Positions 35,754 through 44,736 of a stretch of 64,000 bases of DNA are shown in pieces. The stretch comes from an uncultured bacterium (lineage in GTDB: Bacteria > Patescibacteriota > Patescibacteriia > Patescibacteriales > UBA12465): NCBI GenBank assembly GCA_903945435.1, contig CAJAVM010000001.1:9071-73070 (forward strand). The letters are read 5' to 3'. The notes beneath the pieces are model-generated. The model saw only the letters and a list, made by a program, of their open reading frames with translations. It was not told where the DNA came from and did no database searches. A program made the position numbers and the translations under genes. The number at the start of each line of letters is the position of its first letter. Position 1 is the first letter of the stretch.

Positions 35754-37253
35754 CTATTTTATTATTCTAACTACTCCTTTATTAGCATCGACTTCTACTA
35801 AATCTCCATCTTTTAATATTTTAGTAGCGATTTTAGTTCCAATAATACAAGGGGTTTTCAATTCGCGTGAAACAATCGCCGCGTGACATGTTACTCCGCC
35901 AGTATTAGTAATAATAGCAGCCGCCTTATTCATAGCAGGGACTAGAGAAGGATTAGTCGAAAAACTAACTAAGATATCGCCTTCTTTAAATTTTTCTAAA
36001 TCACTCAGAGCATTTACAATCTTAACAGTTCCCTTTACCTTACCCGGATAAGCAGTATTACCTTTTATTTCGCGGCTTTCTTTAATAGATATATCAATCG
36101 GAAAAAACATTTCTTTATACTTGAGTGCTTTCGGTCCAGAATAAAACTTTTCTTTACCATTAACTAAAATTACCGCCAAAGCTTGATAACGACGACTCAA
36201 TTCTTCAACTAGAGGCTTTTTCCCCTTCATAAGCCAAGCCTCTATTTCTGCAGGAAATAAATATTTAGCTAGTGTCGCCGTACAATATAAACGACGAGCG
36301 GCCTCCTGAAACCATTTATGCATTGCGAAATTTAATCTATAAATCTGAACTTCTTTACGAAGTTCCTTAATATAAGAAAATTCTTGTAAGGCGATAATTT
36401 GCTTTTGCAAATTCTTATCAAGGCCCTTCATCATTTTCTCTTGCCATTTTTTCAGAACAATTTTCTCATTCTTTTTATTAAACAGGGCTTGCGTTGGATT
36501 CTTTTTATATCTTTTTAATAAATCATAATAATAGCTAACATCAGCCGCCTGACCATCATAATAAAATTGCATCCAGCCAAACTTTTTTACTAAACTTTTT
36601 AAATCTCTCAACATTTCTTTCGGTAAATCAGTTATCTGTTTACTTTTAAGAAATACTGCCCACGATTTTGATTGCTTCTCCCAACTAACTAAACAATTCA
36701 AAACTGCAATTTGTTCTTTATATAAATATGTATCAGCTAGCGGAGTTATTAAGCGGCTAAAAGTAGTTTCTAAATCATTTATATTTTTTACATATTTACC
36801 TAATGATATTTTTACTCTATCGGATAATTTATCATCGCTCATATCCATATATGCCGGTATACCCGCTAAATAACCGCAACCAATCCAAATTTTATGGAAT
36901 TCATCATACCAAGCAAATAACTTTTTATCACTTATTCCCTTCAAATCAAAGGCTAACAATTTATTAACAAAAATATTTATTTTACGGAAAGAAGCTAATT
37001 GATTAGAAACAATACGACCAACGAATTTATCGTCTTTATTCATCTGTTGCTCAAAATAATTTCCACTCCCAGCAAATCTTTCATGAATAGGTCCCCAAGT
37101 TACTTTTTCTTTTTCGAAAATATAAAGATTATCGATGTAAATTCCTCTCCCAGTTAATTCATAATTAACATGACCAAAGATCTCATTCCAAAAAATCCAC
37201 GGATGAGGAGGAATATTATAGTCTTCAACTAAAATTGTAAATTTTGGTTTCAT
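35754..37253 (-). CDS. helical domain + C-terminal PEP-utilizer swivel domain protein (paralog P8)
   Basis: 499 aa. C-terminus [60 protein letters not shown]. Confidence 0.85.
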   Translation of the reverse strand: MKPKFTILVEDYNIPPHPWIFWNEIFGHVNYELTGRGIYIDNLYIFEKEKVTWGPIHERFAGSGNYFEQQMNKDDKFVGRIVSNQLASFRKINIFVNKLLAFDLKGISDKKLFAWYDEFHKIWIGCGYLAGIPAYMDMSDDKLSDRVKISLGKYVKNINDLETTFSRLITPLADTYLYKEQIAVLNCLVSWEKQSKSWAVFLKSKQITDLPKEMLRDLKSLVKKFGWMQFYYDGQAADVSYYYDLLKRYKKNPTQALFNKKNEKIVLKKWQEKMMKGLDKNLQKQIIALQEFSYIKELRKEVQIYRLNFAMHKWFQEAARRLYCTATLAKYLFPAEIEAWLMKGKKPLVEELSRRYQALAVILVNGKEKFYSGPKALKYKEMFFPIDISIKESREIKGNTAYPGKVKGTVKIVNALSDLEKFKEGDILVSFSTNPSLVPAMNKAAAIITNTGGVTCHAAIVSRELKTPCIIGTKIATKILKDGDLVEVDANKGVVRIIK

Positions 37254-37257
37254 ATAT

Positions 37258-37671
37258 TTATTTAACTCTCATGAGGCTCGACTTATATTTTTCCGGATGA
37301 TGAGCCGTAAGCCTTTTGATTTCACAAAAAAAGCGCTCATTAGCAATAAATTGCTCAAGCGCTTCTAAATCTACTTGTTGATCATAACCTAAACAAATAA
37401 CATCAGGACGTAATTCTTTTACTAACTGCCATCTATCAACTGAATTTCCAAGTATCACTCGCCCTTTTATTCCCAACTCCTTAAGGGCTTCCTCTACTTT
37501 TTGACGACGAGTTTCTTCGCCTTCCTGAGGTAAATGCTTTTTTATTTTTAAAACATTCTTATCACGAGCGACAATAGCGATAAGCTCATCCCCAAAAACT
37601 CCGGCCTGAGATAAATAAGAGAGATGGCCGGGATGAAGATTATCAAAAGTTCCAAACGCCATGACGCGCAT
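37258..37671 (-). CDS. cytidylyltransferase-like family nucleotidyltransferase (RibL/TagD-like)
   Basis: 137 aa. FGTFDNLHPGHLSYL is the (H/T)xGH nucleotidyltransferase signature, and the size fits the minimal Rossmann-like fold. Confidence 0.65.
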   Translation of the reverse strand: MRVMAFGTFDNLHPGHLSYLSQAGVFGDELIAIVARDKNVLKIKKHLPQEGEETRRQKVEEALKELGIKGRVILGNSVDRWQLVKELRPDVICLGYDQQVDLEALEQFIANERFFCEIKRLTAHHPEKYKSSLMRVK

Positions 37672-37678
37672 AGGCTTA

Positions 37679-38830
37679 TTATTTCACTTCTTTTTTCAAG
37701 GCTGCGACTTTATCAGTTTTTTCCCAAGCAAACTCATTTCTACCAAAATGACCATAAGCAGCCGTCTTTTGAAATACTGGCTTCTTAAGTTCTAAAGTAT
37801 TAATAATAGCACTTGGTCTAAAATCAAAAACTTTTTCAATTGCTTTTAAAATATTAGTCTCTGAAAATTTACCTGTTCCAAAAGTATCAATATAAATACC
37901 AACTGGCTTAGCAACGCCAATTGCATAGGCAACTTGCAATTCACATTTATCAGCTAACCCAGCGGCTACTATATTTTTCGCTACATAACGAGCCATATAA
38001 GCTCCAGAGCGGTCTACTTTTGAAGCATCCTTCCCTGAAAAACAACCGCCACCATGACGAGCATAACCGCCGTATGTATCAACAATAATTTTACGACCAG
38101 TAAGCCCTGTATCAGCTCCCGGACCACCAAAAGTAAAGGCACCAGTCGAATTGATAAAGACTTTAGTTTTTTTATCAAGCATTTTTCCTAAAACCGGAGT
38201 AATGACCTGTTTTAAAATATCGGCTCGAACTTTAGTTAATTTAACTTTTGCGCTATGGCAAGCAGCAATAACAACTGTTTCAACTCTTATCGCTTTTCCA
38301 TCATGATATTCAACTGTTACTTGAGATTTTCCGTCTGGTTTTAGATAAGGCAAGATTTTTTTATGTCTTACTTCCGCTAAACGAGCAGCTAATTTATGTG
38401 CAAGAACAATTGGTAAAGGCATTAATTCTTTAGTTTCGTTACAAGCATAACCATACATTAATCCTTGGTCTCCAGCCCCCTGTTCTTTATGTTCACCCTT
38501 TCCTTCATCAACTCCTTGAGCAATCTCTTGACTTTGTTCATGAAGTGCAGAAACTATTCCAACACTATCACAATCAAACCCTGATTCAGCATCGCTATAA
38601 CCAATATCCTTTAAAGTACGACGCACAATCTCATCAACTTTAACATATTCCTTGGTTCTTACTTCACCACCAACAACTACTAAGCCGTTGGTAACGAAAC
38701 ATTCAACCGCAGCATGACTCTCTGAGTCATGGCGCAACATTTCATCTAAAATACTATCGCTTATTCGATCGCAAACTTTATCAGGATGCCCTTCGGTAAC
38801 CGACTCCGAAGTAATTAGTTTAATATTCAT
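37679..38830 (-). CDS. metK: S-adenosylmethionine synthetase
   Basis: [39 protein letters not shown] and other MetK signatures across 383 aa. Confidence 0.97.
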   Translation of the reverse strand: MNIKLITSESVTEGHPDKVCDRISDSILDEMLRHDSESHAAVECFVTNGLVVVGGEVRTKEYVKVDEIVRRTLKDIGYSDAESGFDCDSVGIVSALHEQSQEIAQGVDEGKGEHKEQGAGDQGLMYGYACNETKELMPLPIVLAHKLAARLAEVRHKKILPYLKPDGKSQVTVEYHDGKAIRVETVVIAACHSAKVKLTKVRADILKQVITPVLGKMLDKKTKVFINSTGAFTFGGPGADTGLTGRKIIVDTYGGYARHGGGCFSGKDASKVDRSGAYMARYVAKNIVAAGLADKCELQVAYAIGVAKPVGIYIDTFGTGKFSETNILKAIEKVFDFRPSAIINTLELKKPVFQKTAAYGHFGRNEFAWEKTDKVAALKKEVK

Positions 38831-38867
38831 ATTTTTTATTTTATTTTTTCAAATTTAAATTTCAAGA

Positions 38868-40124
38868 TTAAGTTCCTAAATTCCAACTTGATAAATAAGC
38901 GGCCTGTTCTTTACTTAATTTATCAATCGTAATCCCTAATGACTTTAATTTTAGACCAGCAACTCTTTTTTCAATTTCCTCAGAAACATTATGGACTTTA
39001 ATATCTAATCTTTTTTTGCTACTTACTACACTTTCAGCGGCTAAAGCTTGAGTAGAAAAACTCATATCCATTACACTCGCTGGATGACCTTCAGCGGCAG
39101 CTAAATTTACTAATCTCCCTTCGGCGAGTAAATATATACGTTTACTACCAATAATATATTCATCAACTTGGTTTCTAACTTGATAATTAACTTTTTTAGC
39201 CATTTTTTTTAAGGCTGGGATATCGATTTCAACATCAAAATGGCCAGAGTTACAAACAACCGAACCGCTCTTCATGTTTTTAAAATGATTAGCGACGATA
39301 ACATGCTTATCGCCAGTAATAGTACAAAATATATCACCAACTTTTGAAGCTTCATCCATAGTCATAACTTGAAAACCATCCATCGCTGCTTCTAAAGCTT
39401 TTATTTCATCAACTTCAGTTACAATAACTTTAGCACCCATCCCTCTGGCTCTCATCGCAAAGCCTTTTCCACACCAACCATATCCAGCAGTAACCACATT
39501 TTTTCCAGCAATTAAAGCATCGGTTGCACGAATAATTCCGTCTAAAGTAGACTGGCCAGTTCCATATCGATTATCAAATAAATTTTTAGTCTTAGCATCG
39601 TTAACAGCAATAACTGGTAGCTTTAATTTACCGTGAGCATCAAGGGCACGAAGTCGAATAACGCCGGTAGTAGTTTCTTCCATGCTCCCTAGAATATTTT
39701 TTGCATCAGCAACATATTTATTATGAAGCAGTGAAATTAAATCGGCACCATCATCCATGGTAATTTGTGGCTTATCTTTTAAGGCCTGATTAAGATGTTC
39801 GTAATACGTTTCATTATCTTCACCGCGAACAGCCATCACTTTTATTCCGTGATTTTTTACTAAAGTCGCGGCGATATCATCTTGAGTAGAAAGCGGGTTA
39901 GAAGCAACCAAAGTTATATCAGCACCTCCAGCTTTAAGAGTTAGCATTAAATTAGCCGTCTCAGCGGTTACGTGCATACAAGCGGAAATTCTCTTCCCTT
40001 TAAAAGGTTTGGTACGAGAAAACTCTGCTTTAATAATATTCAAAACTGGCATATCCAATCCGGCCCATTTTAGGCGTTTTTCTCCGGCGGCAGCGAGTCT
40101 TATGTCTTTGATGTGACTAGTCAT
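38868..40124 (-). CDS. ahcY: adenosylhomocysteinase (short, 418-aa form)
   Basis: NAD-binding GYGWCGKGFAMRARGMGAKVIVTEVDEIKALEAAMDGF, NSGHFDVEID, and the substrate domain MDDGADL. The start overlaps the upstream gene's stop as ATGA. Confidence 0.93.
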   Translation of the reverse strand: MTSHIKDIRLAAAGEKRLKWAGLDMPVLNIIKAEFSRTKPFKGKRISACMHVTAETANLMLTLKAGGADITLVASNPLSTQDDIAATLVKNHGIKVMAVRGEDNETYYEHLNQALKDKPQITMDDGADLISLLHNKYVADAKNILGSMEETTTGVIRLRALDAHGKLKLPVIAVNDAKTKNLFDNRYGTGQSTLDGIIRATDALIAGKNVVTAGYGWCGKGFAMRARGMGAKVIVTEVDEIKALEAAMDGFQVMTMDEASKVGDIFCTITGDKHVIVANHFKNMKSGSVVCNSGHFDVEIDIPALKKMAKKVNYQVRNQVDEYIIGSKRIYLLAEGRLVNLAAAEGHPASVMDMSFSTQALAAESVVSSKKRLDIKVHNVSEEIEKRVAGLKLKSLGITIDKLSKEQAAYLSSWNLGT

Positions 40125-41098
40125 AAATTTATCTTTTCTTTATAATTTTTATAATATCTTTTTTGTAAATCTTTAACTGTAAAACTGTGAGTTTGAGTCC
40201 CATATTTTTCAACCGTATAGACTGAAATTGTTCCGGCTAACTGGCTACAAGTCTTTAGATTATAACCTTTTATTAACCCAAAAATCAACCCCGACCGATA
40301 AGCATCTCCGGCTCCGGTTGGATCTGAGGTATTTTTTGGGTTTGCTGGTTTAACCAACATTTTTTTACCATTCTGATAAATTTCTGAGCCTTTACTACCC
40401 TTGGTAATTATTAAAATTTCTACTTTTTGGCTTAAAGCCTTTATTTCTAAGCCCAAGGACTTAGAAATAAAATTCATTTCATAATCATTACCTATTAAAA
40501 CTTTTGCACCTTTAATAGCCTTGATTAATTCAGTCGCTGAAAAAGCCTGGACTACTTGCCCGGGATCAAAAATAAAAGGAATTTTTTTATTTCGATAAGC
40601 TGCGGCATACTGCAACATCATCTGCGGATTATCAGGAGCAATAATCGCTAACTTAATATTATATTTACTACAAGCTGAAGCAATGGCTTTAGCCGCATAA
40701 TTTTTTAAATAAGGACAAGGATAAAAAGCAGAGATTTGATTATCATTCTTATCAGTAATAATATGAGCGGCGGCTGTTGGACTAGTCTGATTTTCTTTTA
40801 TGAATTCAAGGTTGAGTTTATTTTTTAACATCCAATCACGATATGGTAAAAAATCAAAACCAACCGCCCCGAAGACGATTGGTTTTTCTTTTAAAAGAGA
40901 AAGATTATAAGCAATATTTCCGGCGGTACCGCCAAAACTAGTTTTAAGATTATCAACAACGAGACTAAGATTTAATTGATGAAACTGATGTGGTTTTCCG
41001 GCAACAATATTATCGGAAAAAACACCGGGGAAATCCATAATCTTATCAAAAGCGATGGAACCGGAAACTGCTATTTGCGGATTTTTATCTTTTAGCAT
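40121..41098 (-). CDS. PfkB-family carbohydrate/nucleoside kinase (adenosine kinase plausible from context)
   Basis: 325 aa. GGTAGNIAYNL near the N-terminus and the DPTGAGDAYRSG PfkB signature near the C-terminus. Confidence 0.8.
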   Translation of the reverse strand: MLKDKNPQIAVSGSIAFDKIMDFPGVFSDNIVAGKPHQFHQLNLSLVVDNLKTSFGGTAGNIAYNLSLLKEKPIVFGAVGFDFLPYRDWMLKNKLNLEFIKENQTSPTAAAHIITDKNDNQISAFYPCPYLKNYAAKAIASACSKYNIKLAIIAPDNPQMMLQYAAAYRNKKIPFIFDPGQVVQAFSATELIKAIKGAKVLIGNDYEMNFISKSLGLEIKALSQKVEILIITKGSKGSEIYQNGKKMLVKPANPKNTSDPTGAGDAYRSGLIFGLIKGYNLKTCSQLAGTISVYTVEKYGTQTHSFTVKDLQKRYYKNYKEKINL

Positions 41099-42086
41099 CT
41101 TTGCGAGCCTCTGCTTTTTTAAGGCGTAATATTTCCTGACTAATAGCTTTATATTCTAAACTTGATGGAGAATAACTGTTTAATATTTCTTCCATCTCAG
41201 CTGTACGGGGGGTTATTGGGCGAGAAACGGGAGTTGGGGCTGGGGCGACAACTGGAGGCACGCCGGGAATAGAGGCGGGGCGCATTGATGGTGCCACCTT
41301 TGCAACAACGGAATCGGATAATACATCACTATTGATTTGAGGATCTTCTTGGGGAACGTAATTTTTTAAAGCTTCTTCTACAAGCTTACTATTACTAACT
41401 GGCTCTAAAATTCCTTTTCTAAAAATAGTAAGTTTACCATTTATCATCATTGGATATTCTTCCTCAAATCCTCGAGGCTCATCGGAAGGCGCACCTAAAT
41501 CGTCAAAGAAATTAAACAGAAACTTTAAATGCTCATGCTCCGCTTCAGTCATATCCTTTGAGTTTTTGAGTTCCATCATATACTGTGCTCTAGCTAATTT
41601 ATCTTGGGACTCTAAACCAACTTTTACCAAATAATCTTTAAGCCAATCCTTTACAGTTTTGATTTCTGATTGACTAGTTATTTTTTCCGAGTTTTCTGTA
41701 AGGGCTTTTCTTATTTCTTCTTTAAATTTATTACGGTCTTCAATCACTAACAAAGACAACATTTTAATATTTAATTTACGGCTCAACTCATATTCCTCTA
41801 AACCAAACTGAAAACAAAAATTATCTTTAAATAAGGAAAAAATATTTTTATCATCCAAAGATGGCAAGGCTATAAATCTCAACTTTAATGTTAAATCTTT
41901 ATAAAAAGCGGAGAGCCTGGCATCACTCTGTAAGGTCTGGAAATTGGCCTCTAGTGCTTTCTCTAAAACTTTAACTAATTCTAGAGCTTTTGGCTGATCA
42001 TCATTTACAATAATCCCCCTAACAACATCAGATATTAAGTCTTGATAATCTTTTTCCAGAATTTTTTTATATTTATCGTCCTGCAT
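41085..42086 (-). CDS. hypothetical protein with C-terminal Pro-rich segment
   Basis: 333-aa ORF. The helical body is followed by APSMRPASIPGVPPVVAPAPTPVSRPITP. Same strand and tight spacing with the membrane-protein genes upstream. Confidence 0.55.
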   Translation of the reverse strand: MQDDKYKKILEKDYQDLISDVVRGIIVNDDQPKALELVKVLEKALEANFQTLQSDARLSAFYKDLTLKLRFIALPSLDDKNIFSLFKDNFCFQFGLEEYELSRKLNIKMLSLLVIEDRNKFKEEIRKALTENSEKITSQSEIKTVKDWLKDYLVKVGLESQDKLARAQYMMELKNSKDMTEAEHEHLKFLFNFFDDLGAPSDEPRGFEEEYPMMINGKLTIFRKGILEPVSNSKLVEEALKNYVPQEDPQINSDVLSDSVVAKVAPSMRPASIPGVPPVVAPAPTPVSRPITPRTAEMEEILNSYSPSSLEYKAISQEILRLKKAEARKDAKR

Positions 42087-42088
42087 AA

Positions 42089-44716
42089 TTAGGATATAAA
42101 AGATTTAGCGTTATTATATTTTTGATCAAAGTTTTCAATTGTAGCAATATTACCTAAACGTTCTTTGATAGTGTTTATTAAACTATCTTTAGCGCCATCT
42201 GGAGTAACAGAAAATTCTCTAAGCAAGGCAGCGTTTTCTGGTTTTTGTAAAGCATCATAGACATGCTTAGCGGCGCTTTCATTCATAGTTTCGATATTCT
42301 TAATACCAGGAGCATTATTAATCGCTTGTAATTTTAAGACGCCTCCAACATCTAAATGAAAGTCCCCACCTTCATCGTGATAACCATAAGCAAGGCGATT
42401 ATTATTTCTAATAAATGCTTGTAATTGTTGTTTACCAGTTTCCACATCTCTAATTTCATTATGCTCTTTATCAGTAGTTTCACGCCAACGACCATCTTCC
42501 ATTAAATACGCAGAAGTTGCACCCCAATGGTTAGTTCCTTTATTAATTTCGGCAACCTGACTTCCTAAAGCAAACGATTCTTGTTCATTAAATCCGGCAT
42601 AATTTTTTGCACCTTTGGTAGATAATTGGCGCATCATGTCTTTAAGACCGACATGGTCGGTTCTTCCAGCTAAAGGTTGCAAAAATTCATTGTCATTTAC
42701 ATCTTTAGCCATCTTAAGCATAACCGCCTTAATCATGTTCTTATCACGAGTTCCAATCGCGCCCTTAAGCATGCGGAACAACTCTGAAGGATCATCAATA
42801 TCACGCAAATCTCCCATTTTCTTCTGGACAGCCGTTTGTTCGGCTAATCTAGCCTGACGAGCATATTTAGGAATATTATCGGAAGCTTTTTTATCTAAAG
42901 CATCAACAGAAGTTTGACGCTGTTTGACTTGTTGTCTTGCTTCAAATTTATCTTTATCAGTAAATATAGTCGTTTCATTGTCTCTAGCCCAAGTATCTAT
43001 TCTTCCTAAATGGTTTCTTTCTTCTTTTGCCGACTCTCTTTCAGCTTCCGTTTCTAATTTTGATTTTTGTAGTTCAGCTAATTTATCCTCATCTTTATAT
43101 TGGCCTTTACCATTTTCTCTTGCTATTTCTGTATCTATAGATCTAACTTTTGCATCAGCTGCAGCAAAGTTTCCATAAGCGACACGCATTTTTTCATCAA
43201 CATCATCTCTCATTTTTTGCTGCTGAGGAATGCTCGCACTCATGTAATTAGATTCAAAACTTTCACGCTCAAGCTCTTTTGCTTCTACGGCTTTATCAGC
43301 AATTGCCTGATCCTGTACTTTTCTCATTCTCGGAGCCCCCTTCAATTGTTTAATAATTCCAACTGGTTTAATCCCCTTCCAATCAGACAACCTATCCCAA
43401 GCATCTGCTGGTCCAGCAGTCATCGCCATCACGCCAGAAAATCCTCCTTTGTTCATTCTATCGGCCGCATTAACAACCCCTCGAACATATTGGTCATTCT
43501 TCTTTTCTTTTCGTCTAGCCTGTAATCCCGTCCAAACTCGTTTCAAATTCAAATCAACAATCCCTTTTTCTTGTAAAAATTTATCATTAGCCCACCCAGC
43601 AGAACCTTTAGCGCCCTTCCAGGCTAATAATCCTGCGCCAGCCGCTGCGCCGATAGCTAACTTATTCCCCTTACTCGCAATGCTACCCGCGAAACTAGCA
43701 GCTGAGCCACCAATTTCTTGAGCAACTTTCATGCCTCCCAAAAGCATCGCAATCGCAATAATAAATTTAATCATTAGGTCTGAAGTCCCATATACACACT
43801 CCCCGTCAGCCCCAATATCGCAAGTAATATCCTGAGAAGTATCCTTGAAATCTCCTACAACATCATTCCCTTTGTCGCTAAAACTAACTAAAGATGTAAA
43901 TGATAACCAAATAAAAAATGCTAGTACAGGACCAGTAATTAAATTTTTAGTAAATTCACTCCACCATTCTGAAGAAAACTTCGCACCTCCAGGAAAAGCC
44001 GCAGTTAAATAGGCAAATGGAGACAAAACAACATAAACCCAAATCATTACAATACGCATGACCAACATGCCCACCATGGCGGTAATTGTAATTAAAGTAA
44101 TAACTAAATAAATAACAGATAAAACATAAGCTGAAGCTACTGTCCAACCGCCAACTTCTTTAATACCATTTAAACTTTGCCAGCCCGTAATACCTAACAT
44201 ATCAACCAAACTTCCGGCGGCAACGTCCTTAAAAGCATTAACAAAAGTAAGCATGACTACTTGTGATAAATCAATTAACAAACCACAAATAGTTTTAGAA
44301 AAATTAATCAAGATAGCCATTAAAATTAATTTTGGCAACCATTTCTTATAACTATAGTTTTCAATTCTTAAAATCGTAGCAAAAGCAATAATCAATAAAA
44401 TAACAACAAAAAACATGTTGGAAATATCTCTAGCAATCACCCAACCATTTACAATCGCTGCTGATTTAATAAAATTATTATACTGAGCAACTTGAATTAA
44501 GACGGCCATCAACTTAACTAAAATCCAACCTAAAATAGAGGCGATTCCTTGAGCAAGCCCGCCAATGAGCCATGTAACCCAGCCAGTTCCAGAGCCACTA
44601 TCTTGTGCCCAGGCGGCAGTTTGTGGAAATAAGAAAGCGGCAGAGACAATAACAATAACAGTAAAAATTGCCCACGATTTTTTATTTAGCTTAAGTTTCT
44701 TCATGCTGATTTTCAT
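42089..44716 (-). CDS. large polytopic membrane protein with long coiled-coil/soluble C-terminal half (possible VirB6/TrbL-like channel component)
   Basis: 875 aa. A signal-like N-terminus is followed by ~8 hydrophobic segments (aa ~40-350) and a ~500-aa charged region (KELERESFES..., KSKLETEAERESAKEERNH). The VirB6 analogy rests on topology and context only. Confidence 0.4.
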   Translation of the reverse strand: MKISMKKLKLNKKSWAIFTVIVIVSAAFLFPQTAAWAQDSGSGTGWVTWLIGGLAQGIASILGWILVKLMAVLIQVAQYNNFIKSAAIVNGWVIARDISNMFFVVILLIIAFATILRIENYSYKKWLPKLILMAILINFSKTICGLLIDLSQVVMLTFVNAFKDVAAGSLVDMLGITGWQSLNGIKEVGGWTVASAYVLSVIYLVITLITITAMVGMLVMRIVMIWVYVVLSPFAYLTAAFPGGAKFSSEWWSEFTKNLITGPVLAFFIWLSFTSLVSFSDKGNDVVGDFKDTSQDITCDIGADGECVYGTSDLMIKFIIAIAMLLGGMKVAQEIGGSAASFAGSIASKGNKLAIGAAAGAGLLAWKGAKGSAGWANDKFLQEKGIVDLNLKRVWTGLQARRKEKKNDQYVRGVVNAADRMNKGGFSGVMAMTAGPADAWDRLSDWKGIKPVGIIKQLKGAPRMRKVQDQAIADKAVEAKELERESFESNYMSASIPQQQKMRDDVDEKMRVAYGNFAAADAKVRSIDTEIARENGKGQYKDEDKLAELQKSKLETEAERESAKEERNHLGRIDTWARDNETTIFTDKDKFEARQQVKQRQTSVDALDKKASDNIPKYARQARLAEQTAVQKKMGDLRDIDDPSELFRMLKGAIGTRDKNMIKAVMLKMAKDVNDNEFLQPLAGRTDHVGLKDMMRQLSTKGAKNYAGFNEQESFALGSQVAEINKGTNHWGATSAYLMEDGRWRETTDKEHNEIRDVETGKQQLQAFIRNNNRLAYGYHDEGGDFHLDVGGVLKLQAINNAPGIKNIETMNESAAKHVYDALQKPENAALLREFSVTPDGAKDSLINTIKERLGNIATIENFDQKYNNAKSFIS

Positions 44717-44736
44717 ATTTGATTATTCGATTGAAT

